From a virus (lineage: Duplodnaviria > Caudoviricetes): a stretch of DNA of 64,000 nt. Shown here piece after piece: positions 9,716-19,200 of the stretch; position 1 is the first letter of the stretch, and every line of letters starts with the position of its first letter. The position numbers were made by a program, and so were the translations under genes. Location: IMG/VR virus record IMGVR_UViG_3300048881_000780, one strand, 5' to 3'. Under the pieces are notes generated by a model, which had not been told where the DNA came from, did no database searches, and saw only the letters and a program-made list of their open reading frames with translations.

Positions 9716-9775
9716 AACGTACGTCATATTTAACGTACGTCATATTTAACGTACGTTAGAAATAACGTACGTTAA
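9716..9775. repeat. Four 16-bp-period repeats with palindromic core (T)AACGTACGT(T/C)A
   Basis: Copies start at 9716, 9732, 9748 and 9764; the last two contain perfect TAACGTACGTTA. Confidence 0.92.
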
Positions 9776-9785
9776 GTGACTTAAA

Positions 9786-11024
9786 TTAGATTGATTCTAG
9801 ACGAATATTATCAATTAGAGCACCGGAAGTATTATTATCCTCAATGGCCCTAAATTCCACCTTCATTAGATCACCAGTTCCAAGCAATTCATACTCAAAT
9901 GTTTGCCATTGTTTCTCTTGAGAACTTATGTAGTCCATAACTTCTCCATCAATAACAACTTCCATATCAGAACTCTCTGTTCCTGTCCTAGAGAAGTAAT
10001 CTAGTGATAATCTATATTTTTCTACTGAACTTGTCTCAATCATTTGAAAGATAGAAACGTCACTATCTGTAAAATGACTATTCTTATGAGCGTCCAGTTC
10101 AATTTTCACATTTCCAGAACTTGGAGCAATTCCACCAGTATTTCCGTATTGAACCTCTACTCCAGAGTTTGAATATTCAAGATTAATATCAAATCCATAT
10201 AAAGAATCAGTCACATACCAACCACTCTCTCTTTCTAGCTCCATTTCAAAATCACCATTAAGAACTAGGTTTTTCTGATAATTTGGATTAGAAACCTCTT
10301 CTCTTAAAAGAGATGAAGTATTGAAGTGTTTTCTTTTTGCCTGAGGAATAGTAATTGTCATATCTCCAGATCTTACGAGTAATTGTCCGGCCATTCTCAA
10401 AGAACCATCAGTCGAGTCCTCAGTTGGACATGAATATCCCGCTCTTTTTTGATCATTTGTAAGTTCTTCACAGCTAACAATTGATCTACATACTTGATCT
10501 TGAGAATTCGCTCTTTCACAAATTGGAGACTTTTCATAAGAAAGTAGTAACTCTCTATACTTTTCCATAACTCTAAAATACTTCTCTTGAAGCGATTCAA
10601 TTTTTTCATTATTTTGAGTATCAAACTCTGTTCTAATTCCAAGCTCCACATTTAAAGAACGCTCAATTTTAGAGAGTCTATACTCGAGTATCTCAAGTCT
10701 AACATCAGAAATTCTCTCAGATTGCTCCTCTTTCTTTGTGTTTAACAATAAAAGAAGAATTTTTCTTTCTAGAATATATCTGTCTTGTTCTACCAAGTTC
10801 TTAATTCTCTTTTCGATTCGTCTATATCTAGGAGAATCAGACAGTTCACTAAGCTTTTGCTGAAGAACGACAACTCTTGCTCTATTAGAATCCTGTTTTC
10901 TTTCAAATTTGTGTAACTTACCTTCTTGTTTTGGCTCAAGCTTCGTTCCAAATACATGATTATTACATGCTCCTAATGTAGGAAGAACTAATGCTAAAAG
11001 TACGAATGATTTGATTTTTTTCAC
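9786..11024 (-). CDS. Lipoprotein with coiled coil and C-terminal galactose-binding/DUF642-like domain
   Basis: Lipobox LGAC; helical middle; NLVLNGDFE...ELDAH...GALIDNIRL jelly-roll signature. Confidence 0.75.
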   Translation of the reverse strand: MKKIKSFVLLALVLPTLGACNNHVFGTKLEPKQEGKLHKFERKQDSNRARVVVLQQKLSELSDSPRYRRIEKRIKNLVEQDRYILERKILLLLLNTKKEEQSERISDVRLEILEYRLSKIERSLNVELGIRTEFDTQNNEKIESLQEKYFRVMEKYRELLLSYEKSPICERANSQDQVCRSIVSCEELTNDQKRAGYSCPTEDSTDGSLRMAGQLLVRSGDMTITIPQAKRKHFNTSSLLREEVSNPNYQKNLVLNGDFEMELERESGWYVTDSLYGFDINLEYSNSGVEVQYGNTGGIAPSSGNVKIELDAHKNSHFTDSDVSIFQMIETSSVEKYRLSLDYFSRTGTESSDMEVVIDGEVMDYISSQEKQWQTFEYELLGTGDLMKVEFRAIEDNNTSGALIDNIRLESI

Positions 11025-11082
11025 AATAACCTCGTTATTATAATTTCTAATATATTCATTATATTAATAATTAAGTGATAAT

Positions 11083-11355
11083 TTATTTCTTTAAGAAATC
11101 AATCAGACCAAGGTATCCCGTTTTGCTATCTCCGATATCAATCTTAACAACTTCATTATCCACAACCTCAAGTAGTGCAGGAATTGTCCACTTATTTTCT
11201 TTAAACATTTTAAAATCTATACTAACTTCTTTTAGATCTAGATTGCGTTGCTCTACCTCAAACTTATCGCCATCTACATGCTCTTTAAATATTGGTGCAA
11301 ATATTTGACATGACTTACACCAAGATGCCGTAAAATAAATTAGTTTTCTTTTCAT
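11083..11355 (-). CDS. Thioredoxin-like protein
   Basis: FTASWCKSC (WCxxC) and TIP cis-Pro loop; GGAG RBS. Confidence 0.8.
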   Translation of the reverse strand: MKRKLIYFTASWCKSCQIFAPIFKEHVDGDKFEVEQRNLDLKEVSIDFKMFKENKWTIPALLEVVDNEVVKIDIGDSKTGYLGLIDFLKK

Positions 11356-11366
11356 ATAGTCTCCAG

Positions 11367-14300
11367 TTAAAAAACACCCTCGGTTAGTTCGACAAACTCT
11401 AGATACAGAGAGCTTTCACCATCTGAAAGAAACGGTGTTCCCTGATATCCGGGCTCCTCTTTTGGGGTAACCATTAAAAAATGCTCATTATCATCATTTA
11501 TAAATTCTCTTGGATCAATACTTGAAACATCACCATCTTTAAATTCCAAAAGATATTCCATAGGTCTATCTTTCATAAGAAATAGCGACGACTCATTAGA
11601 CTCACTCATTAATATCCATTGATCTTCAATGAAATTATATGCATAAAGCTGAACCCCATATACATTACTAAGCCCTGCAACTGTTGAGGCCTTTGCGATA
11701 GCATTAACTTTAATATTTAATTTTCGTGCGAATTCTTTTGCGTGATCACGAAGTGACATCTTAACCATTAATGCCGACTTGTGACCTGGTAGAGAGTCGA
11801 AAACGCTAACTTTTCCAGGTGTTCTATCTCGATCCCCTCTACTATAAAATAAATATCTATTAGTCACTTCGTTGTAGACGATCTCATCTCCAACAAATTG
11901 ATCACCAAATATATCAAAGGAGCTCACTTCAAAGCTAATCCCAGAAAGTAGATCTAATTGAAATACTTTATCATCTGAAAAGTAATGAGTTTTTCTAGTG
12001 GCACTATCAAATATAACTTTCCCGTTATAAAGATTGTCGCTAATTACTTTAGTTTTTTCAGCTATAGTATCTAAATTATCCTCTTCCCCATCATCAATTA
12101 CAAATGCATCAATAATCGCTGACACTACTGATGTAGAGACACTAGGAAGGCCACAACCTTTACACACTCTAAACCACTGAACTTCTCTATCTTCTTCAGT
12201 TGGTTCAAACGACCAAATCTCATCTAAGTATTCCCACTCTCCAGTTTGAGAGTTTACGGCAAATCCTCCAATAATATAGACCTTTTCATAGATTGAACTA
12301 TAGTGAACTATTGGTGAAAACCTAGCTTGAGGCATTCCAAAATTTGGATCGGCGACAACTCCTTTTTCAATAAAAACGATAGGAACTGATTCTGGACCAA
12401 TTGGTGCTCTAGCTAAAGTTACCTTTGAACTACTTTGCATTTGAGATCCAACAGACTTAAGTCCTCCATAAATAAATATTCCCAGTGGAGTTTCTTCACT
12501 AATACCTGGAAACAATGCCCCCTCAGGAAATGGGACTTGAGAATTTGTAAATTTTTCAAATGAAAGAGAGTCTAGGTTATTCTTCAGTAAAGATGGATAT
12601 TTATAAGTTCCAAATTTATTATTAATTCTAAGTGAAGAGTCATCAAAGTCATGAGATAGACCACCATAGATATAGTAAATATCACTATCTTTTAGATATA
12701 GAGTATTAGCATACATTATATTATTGGTTCCAAATGCTCTCGAGTCAGTGGTAGCGAAATCCAACCATCCCGCGAGATCATTTCCATTAGATCTAAATAC
12801 ATTTAACTCTCCACCATAAAATAAGCTATAACTTCTATCTGAACCACCCCTATCTATCAGTCCTCGGGCCGAGTTATGAACTTCCATCGTACATGGCCCC
12901 CATACGAAAAAATCAACCACTGAGGCAATGCAATTTGATGACATAAATGGAAAGTTATAATTAACTTCAAAGATTTTTTTTGAATAATTCGTTTGAGATA
13001 TAAATTGTCCACTGTTTTTCTCAATTGCAGTTGTAGGCCCCTGGTAAGGAAACCAATTTGCAGAAAAAGGAGGAACTTCTAATGAAGGAGAAAAGATAGA
13101 GTTAACATTCGTCTTATAAAGGTTTAATCGATTATTAGAATCTTTAAATCTATAAGTCTCTCTTCCTACTGATTGAATCTGCTTAGATACTGATTTGGAG
13201 TTGAGTGTACCTGTAATAGTGATAGGACCTTTAATTCCTATTCCCCTAACAACAAATGTGGCCAAAGAGTCTGACCCTGTAGTTACAGTAAAGACAGATC
13301 TCCCCTCTGATATACCACCATGTGCTACTGCATTGTACAGAGAGACATCGATTGGTGTTCCGGCCCCAACAGGATTTCCTTGCGGATCCTTTGCTGGGCC
13401 AATTACTACACTTGTTGTTGAAGGATATTCTAAATCTCCAAACTCATAGTAAATTGAGGGTTCAGATGTGTTTATCTCAAAGTCTCCGGATGGCGCTGAA
13501 GGAACTAATGTTATGCTATTTTGTCCATTTGCTCCATATCCAAGAAGATGACCCTCCCCACTATATAGTGGATTTGATTTCATTCTAAATCTAACTTCAC
13601 CAGTAGATAATGAAGCTGTATACTTAATAAATGCCTCTCCATTAACCGTATAGGCCTTTTCTACTGAAGATCTATCGTTAAAGGTACCACTTCCTTCAAA
13701 TATTTCAAATTCGACCTCAGTTCCGTCATCTACAACATCCCCGTTTACATTTAACAGAGGTCTTGTTCTAAGTACTACTGAATTCGCTCCATTGGCCCTT
13801 AGTATATTATTGTAAGGAAATAGAGATATCTCTCCCACTGCTGGGCCAGAAGTATAAGGAATAGTTATTGCTCCAAGTGCTAAACTAGAAGAAACAGTAA
13901 AACTTGCTTCACCTGTTGTTGATCCACTTTTAAACTTAATTAATGCCACTCCATTTTGTGTTAAAACTGTTTGATCAACCACTTCCAGTATTGAGTTAGT
14001 TGTAGAAATTTGCGCTAAGGTTCCATCACTTACTGCATTTCCAAATTCATCTGTAACAATGGCCTCACATTCTTGCAGTAGTGGGTCATCAACATTTAAT
14101 TTAATAGGACAGTTTCTAAAAGAAATTATTCCCGATGGGTCACCCGGATAAACATCGGCATTGTATGTAATACTACTTCTTACACTATCATTAACCTTCA
14201 TTTCTAATTTATCTGAAACTAGCCCTGAATAAATTTCTCTGAATTTAATTTCAATCTGACATTGCTCACCTGGTCTTAATCCAAGTTCTGGGCAATTTGT

Positions 14301-14837
14301 ATAACTAGTTGTAAAACGAGTTGTATCTACTGGAAATGGAGTCTGAATAAGTTCTGTTCCAGTGTTTTCAATTAAAAAAGTCTTAGTTATTCTTTCTCCA
14401 GCTCTAGCTTCACCAATGGCCCAAGAGTTCGGAAAAATAGAAAACCTTCCTCCACCAATTGCCTCTCCGGTAACAATTAGAGATTCTCCATAGAAATTTA
14501 AAGTAATCGACTTATTACCTTCCGTTGTTGGTGTAAAATGAAATACATATGTACAAATAGTCTGAGGAGGTATGGAGCTAAATGAACACCCATTTGTTGC
14601 AGATTTAAAAACTAACTCATTACTACTCATCGATATTTGAGGACTAAGTGAGTTACTTGATGAATTTCCAACCTTTACACTAATCTCAGATGATAGACCA
14701 ATCTTTACTTTTCCGGCCTTTAGAACGCTGGAAATAACTCCTTCAACCTGTGGTACAGATGTATCAGCCTCTTTACTTTTCTTATTCTGACAAGATACTA
14801 AAGCAAATAAAAGTACTAGAAATAATAGATGTTTCAT
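11367..14837 (-). CDS. Large surface lipoprotein with Ig-like (ASH/invasin Big_1-type) domains and kelch-like repeats
   Basis: Lipobox LVSC; NTG...C...L.PGEQC Ig pattern; repeated D..GN.V.DGT motifs; YIYGG, FIYGG, YIIGG kelch-like blades. Confidence 0.8.
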   Translation of the reverse strand: MKHLLFLVLLFALVSCQNKKSKEADTSVPQVEGVISSVLKAGKVKIGLSSEISVKVGNSSSNSLSPQISMSSNELVFKSATNGCSFSSIPPQTICTYVFHFTPTTEGNKSITLNFYGESLIVTGEAIGGGRFSIFPNSWAIGEARAGERITKTFLIENTGTELIQTPFPVDTTRFTTSYTNCPELGLRPGEQCQIEIKFREIYSGLVSDKLEMKVNDSVRSSITYNADVYPGDPSGIISFRNCPIKLNVDDPLLQECEAIVTDEFGNAVSDGTLAQISTTNSILEVVDQTVLTQNGVALIKFKSGSTTGEASFTVSSSLALGAITIPYTSGPAVGEISLFPYNNILRANGANSVVLRTRPLLNVNGDVVDDGTEVEFEIFEGSGTFNDRSSVEKAYTVNGEAFIKYTASLSTGEVRFRMKSNPLYSGEGHLLGYGANGQNSITLVPSAPSGDFEINTSEPSIYYEFGDLEYPSTTSVVIGPAKDPQGNPVGAGTPIDVSLYNAVAHGGISEGRSVFTVTTGSDSLATFVVRGIGIKGPITITGTLNSKSVSKQIQSVGRETYRFKDSNNRLNLYKTNVNSIFSPSLEVPPFSANWFPYQGPTTAIEKNSGQFISQTNYSKKIFEVNYNFPFMSSNCIASVVDFFVWGPCTMEVHNSARGLIDRGGSDRSYSLFYGGELNVFRSNGNDLAGWLDFATTDSRAFGTNNIMYANTLYLKDSDIYYIYGGLSHDFDDSSLRINNKFGTYKYPSLLKNNLDSLSFEKFTNSQVPFPEGALFPGISEETPLGIFIYGGLKSVGSQMQSSSKVTLARAPIGPESVPIVFIEKGVVADPNFGMPQARFSPIVHYSSIYEKVYIIGGFAVNSQTGEWEYLDEIWSFEPTEEDREVQWFRVCKGCGLPSVSTSVVSAIIDAFVIDDGEEDNLDTIAEKTKVISDNLYNGKVIFDSATRKTHYFSDDKVFQLDLLSGISFEVSSFDIFGDQFVGDEIVYNEVTNRYLFYSRGDRDRTPGKVSVFDSLPGHKSALMVKMSLRDHAKEFARKLNIKVNAIAKASTVAGLSNVYGVQLYAYNFIEDQWILMSESNESSLFLMKDRPMEYLLEFKDGDVSSIDPREFINDDNEHFLMVTPKEEPGYQGTPFLSDGESSLYLEFVELTEGVF

Positions 14838-15021
14838 ATAGAATTCTCCATATGTCTATTTTAAGAAAATAGAAGTCATACTAAAAAGAAATTGGAAGTG
14901 AATGATAACTTCCGTTTTTTTCCGGAACCCCTAGTAACAAAGATAACCCACTAAAATTACTAGGGTTTTATTTTGTGTATTAATCTCCATAAGTTTGTTG
15001 AGGTTAGTACACAATTCTTAA

Positions 15022-15594
15022 TTAGGCGACGTCATCAAAATCTGTTCTCATTTTTAGATTTTTACAATTTTCATGAACCTCTCTTAAATTAATCATAAAT
15101 TCCTGATCTGAAAATTCTTCTAGTTTCTTTTTTAATGAGTTGTAAATTAATTCTGCACTTTGAAGCTTCTTTTGATCAAACTCTGAACCTGAATTTTCTT
15201 CGGACATACAGCTAATCATTGACTGTAAATTATCCTCCATTTCCATTAAATGTGAAATAAGTCCAACATATCTCTTTGCATAAGAATAATCGAAATCATA
15301 TGCGTTCATTTTGTATAAATGAGGCATATTTAAGAGAACTTCTTCATTTAAAACTAGGTTCTTTCTAAATTCATCCTTCATCTTAAATAGAATCTCAAAT
15401 AATCTAACGTCATCCTCGTTTTCTTCTATTGGAATATCGAATCCATAAAACTCTAATTCGTCATTCAATTGCTTTATTAATTGTCTGGCCTTTTGCACGA
15501 TAATTGCCGGAACTAATTGGTAATAGGATTTACCTTCATCTGCAATAAGCTTTGATATTAACTGTCTATGTAGTGATAGTATCGTCTCTGTCAT
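15022..15594 (-). CDS. Hypothetical protein (alpha-helical)
   Basis: 190-aa ORF with GGGGGA RBS. Confidence 0.7.
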   Translation of the reverse strand: MTETILSLHRQLISKLIADEGKSYYQLVPAIIVQKARQLIKQLNDELEFYGFDIPIEENEDDVRLFEILFKMKDEFRKNLVLNEEVLLNMPHLYKMNAYDFDYSYAKRYVGLISHLMEMEDNLQSMISCMSEENSGSEFDQKKLQSAELIYNSLKKKLEEFSDQEFMINLREVHENCKNLKMRTDFDDVA

Positions 15595-15652
15595 TTAAAT
15601 CCCCCAATGAATGACTATCACTACACTTATCGTAAATAATTAAACTAATTAG

Positions 15653-16216
15653 TTAATTCTTACCAGTTGAGCCAAAACCACCACTTCCTCGTTCAGTTTT
15701 ACTTAATTCTTTAACTTCTTTGATTTTTAACTGTGTTGCTGGTGATATTACACCTTGGGCCAGTCTATCGCCTTTTTTTACTTCATAAGCATTTTCACTA
15801 GTATTAAAGAATGCTAAGTAGATGACACCACGATAGTCAGAATCTACACATCCAATACCATTGGCAAGCATCAGTGGAGTTTTAGAAATTGAACTTCTTG
15901 ATTGTACTCTTAATTCAAATCCAAGTGGAACCTCGGCCATGACACCAGTAGAGATAAGCCTTCTTCCTCCTGCTGGAATTGAGACATCCTCATTACAGAT
16001 AAAATCAAATCCCGCCGCGCCAACTGTCTTATATGATGGAATTTTGGCATCTTTATTTTCCTTGGAAAATTTAATCTCCAATAGACCCATTTTGAATTTT
16101 ATATGATTCATAACTAGCTTTAAATTATTAGTATCTTTATTTTCGTCAAAGAATTTACTAACTTTTAGCTGGATTTTTTCAACTTGTACTTTTAAGAATG
16201 CGATAAATTTATTCAT
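15653..16216 (-). CDS. dut: Trimeric dUTP diphosphatase with N-terminal extension
   Basis: AAGFD, RSSI, GCVDSDYRG, GDRLAQ, RGSGGFGSTG motifs I-V. Confidence 0.95.
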   Translation of the reverse strand: MNKFIAFLKVQVEKIQLKVSKFFDENKDTNNLKLVMNHIKFKMGLLEIKFSKENKDAKIPSYKTVGAAGFDFICNEDVSIPAGGRRLISTGVMAEVPLGFELRVQSRSSISKTPLMLANGIGCVDSDYRGVIYLAFFNTSENAYEVKKGDRLAQGVISPATQLKIKEVKELSKTERGSGGFGSTGKN

Positions 16217-16266
16217 AATAACTCCCTAGTTACTATATTTATCGTATTCTTAATCGATCTGGGGAA

Positions 16267-19200
16267 CTAGGCCACTAACTTATCAAATGACCCAGATACT
16301 TTAGATAACTCTGGAAATAAACTTCTGATTGAACCCTTAGGAGATGTCGACACTTCCATATTAAATGCAAAATTGATAGAAATAGTACCCCTAAAAAGTA
16401 CTGGCGTATAATTCTTCATTGTCTTCTCGATAGGTCCTTCCTCTTCATTGGTGAAGATATATTTATCCGCAGACCAAATATTTAACTTAATAACAGACTC
16501 TTCGTTTACTAAGTTATACTTAAGACACTTAGATCTCTTTATACCGCTTCCATACTCAAATCCTCTATCTCTTTTGTCGTCTGGAATAAAGGCAGTGGCA
16601 GAGATGACATGTTGATCTTTTAAAAATTGCTGATCACTCTCGGTAAAAACAATATCGGACATATTATGTTTTTCAAGTAAGTTCTCTTCTTTAGCGTTGA
16701 TAATTTCTTTAAAATTATCTTTAATCTCCTCAACGTTAATATTTAAAGCTTTTTTATATTTTTCTAAAAATGACATTCTATTGTCTTTATTAATTCTTAA
16801 TCTAGTAATCAAAGAAGATACAAATGCTAAATTCTCTCTGTTTTTTCCCTGAATTGCTAGTAATGCATCTCTTCCTGTTCGACCACCATCTAGAATAAGT
16901 AAGAATAAATATAGATTTAAGAAACTTTCACTTGGTACAGTAATTTCTTGATGAGAATTAATATCATCCAACTCTGGCAACTTAGAACCTAAAATAGTGG
17001 AGAGTTCAGATCTTAATTTACTGTCAATTACATGTGCTAAATTTAAGTTAACTTTCTTATCAAAGAACCATCCCTTAGGTCTTCTAAAATTCATTAAAGA
17101 TAGTGTTTTAAGAATCTCATTTGATAAATCCCTATCAATTAAACTAAAGAAGAATCCTGCTTTATCTTCGATGATTCCCTTCTTAATATCTCTGAAATTT
17201 AAAATGTTGGTGAGATTTTTAAATACCTCATTTAACATAGAACAGGCCTCAATTTTTCCAATTGATTCCTCTGAGAACATAGTTAATATAGTATTTACAC
17301 TTCCTAAGGTCTTGTCATACTTTTCAACGATAGGATTGGTCATTTTCAGTATCTCGTCTGGTCCCCATACTCTCGCTCCTGAGAACTCTCTATTGACGCA
17401 AGATCTAATTATTGGAGACAGGTGATCATTAAAATTAAAACTAGAGAACCCAAGGGCCTCTACTTCTCGTAAAACGATATTCATATCGTTAAGTATTTCA
17501 ATGTCCTTTAATTTCTCTTCATACTCGCCCATCTCTTTTTTTGTAAGATGATTTTTTACAACTTTTGTAGGTATTCCACCCTTTTTATCTTTTAATAACT
17601 CTATTTCTAGAGGTTGAAGATTTAAAAGATTCTCATCTTTTAGAATCTGATAGTGGGCCCTATTAAAATCCTCTACCGATAGTGACGCTTTTAATTTTTT
17701 TCTTACAGAATCGCTTACCTTTCTATAATAGTAATTTCCAAAGTACTCACATAACTTCTTTTTTCTAAACTCTGATTTTGAAAAATTAGAAGATTCATTT
17801 ATTTCTTTTAAGAAAAAATCTATTTCTTTTTTATCTAATGCTATCTCATTTTCAAGTTTTTCGATAATATACAAAGATTCCTCTTCTTCGCTATACTTGC
17901 TCTTTCTAATAATAGATATTAACTCTAGCGATAAATCCTCATCAATATTATTTTCCTTTATCATCGCTAGCTTATCTTCTCCAATAGAATTTTCAAGATA
18001 GAACATATCATCAAATCCACCAGCAAAAATCAACTTCTCCATAGATCCACTACCGACAATACCATAGACTTTGTTTTTACACGCAAAATCTCTAAACGAA
18101 TTATAAGGTCTGTTTTCAATAATCTTAGAGCTCTCTTTTTTTCCAACTCCTTTAAGAGAATAGAGTGGCATATAGATAAGATCATCTTTAATCTCATATC
18201 TATAAGTTGAGGTCATAACTGAAGGTGGTCTAATTAGATGTCCCCACTTTCTTTGATAAATTTTAAAATTGGCCTTATCTTTTTCACCATTTTTATTAGA
18301 AGATCTAGTAAAGATGGCCGCAACGTACTCAATTTCATAGTGATATCTTGTCCATGCGCTTACATAACTTAGACACGCATATGCAAATGCGTGAGATTTA
18401 TTGAATCCATAACCAGCAAAGGCATACATGAGATCAAAGAGCTCTTGGGCCTTATTTTTGTTAATTCCTCTAGATACTGCGCCAGCAATAAATTTTTCAC
18501 CATATTGAGCAAGTAAGTTTACATCCTTTTTTCCCATGGCCTTTCTAAGTTTATCTGACTCAAATGGAGTAAAACCACCAATATTAACTGCGATTTTCAT
18601 AACCTGTTCTTGGTAACAAATAATTCCAAGAGTTTCTTTTAACTCTTCTTCAATTTCAGGAATTAAGTATGTAACCGCTTCTACGCCATTCTTTCTTCTA
18701 ATAAAAGTATTATCCATACCCATGGACATAGGACCTGGCCTATTAATGGATGTTATTGTTGATAAATCAAATACCAGGTAATCAAGATTACTCAATCGCT
18801 TTAACATATTTACATTAATTGGCGTATTAAATTGAAAATTTGAGATCGTATCACCTTTTAAATAGGTCTCCCAAATAGGTCGGTTTTCCTCTTTATTTGC
18901 GCCATTAACAATCTCTTCCATTTTAAGGAAGAGATTTACATTATGGCGCTCTAGAATCATTAAAAAAGCATCTCTTAACTCTTCTAATGTTGAAAGGCCT
19001 AATAGATCATTCTTAGTTAGGCCGTAATATTCAGCATCGTTTTTATCTAACATTGTTACATAGATACCCATATCCTTATCAAACCAACAAGGACAGTGAT
19101 CAATCAAAGACACTCCAGGTACTACAGCGGCGGCGTGCTTTCCATAAGCATTAATAATACCTAGTACTTCTTCAACTTTATCTTGAATAGAGACGATTTC

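Noticed and set aside
9716-9775. CRISPR array
   Set aside because: The unit is only 16 bp with no unique spacers, and no cas genes are present
14894-14968. Inverted repeats upstream of the 1156-aa lipoprotein as an sRNA or riboswitch
   Set aside because: Two modest hairpins (GGAAGT/ACTTCC, CCCTAGTAA/TTACTAGGG) with no recognisable family features; most simply termination signals
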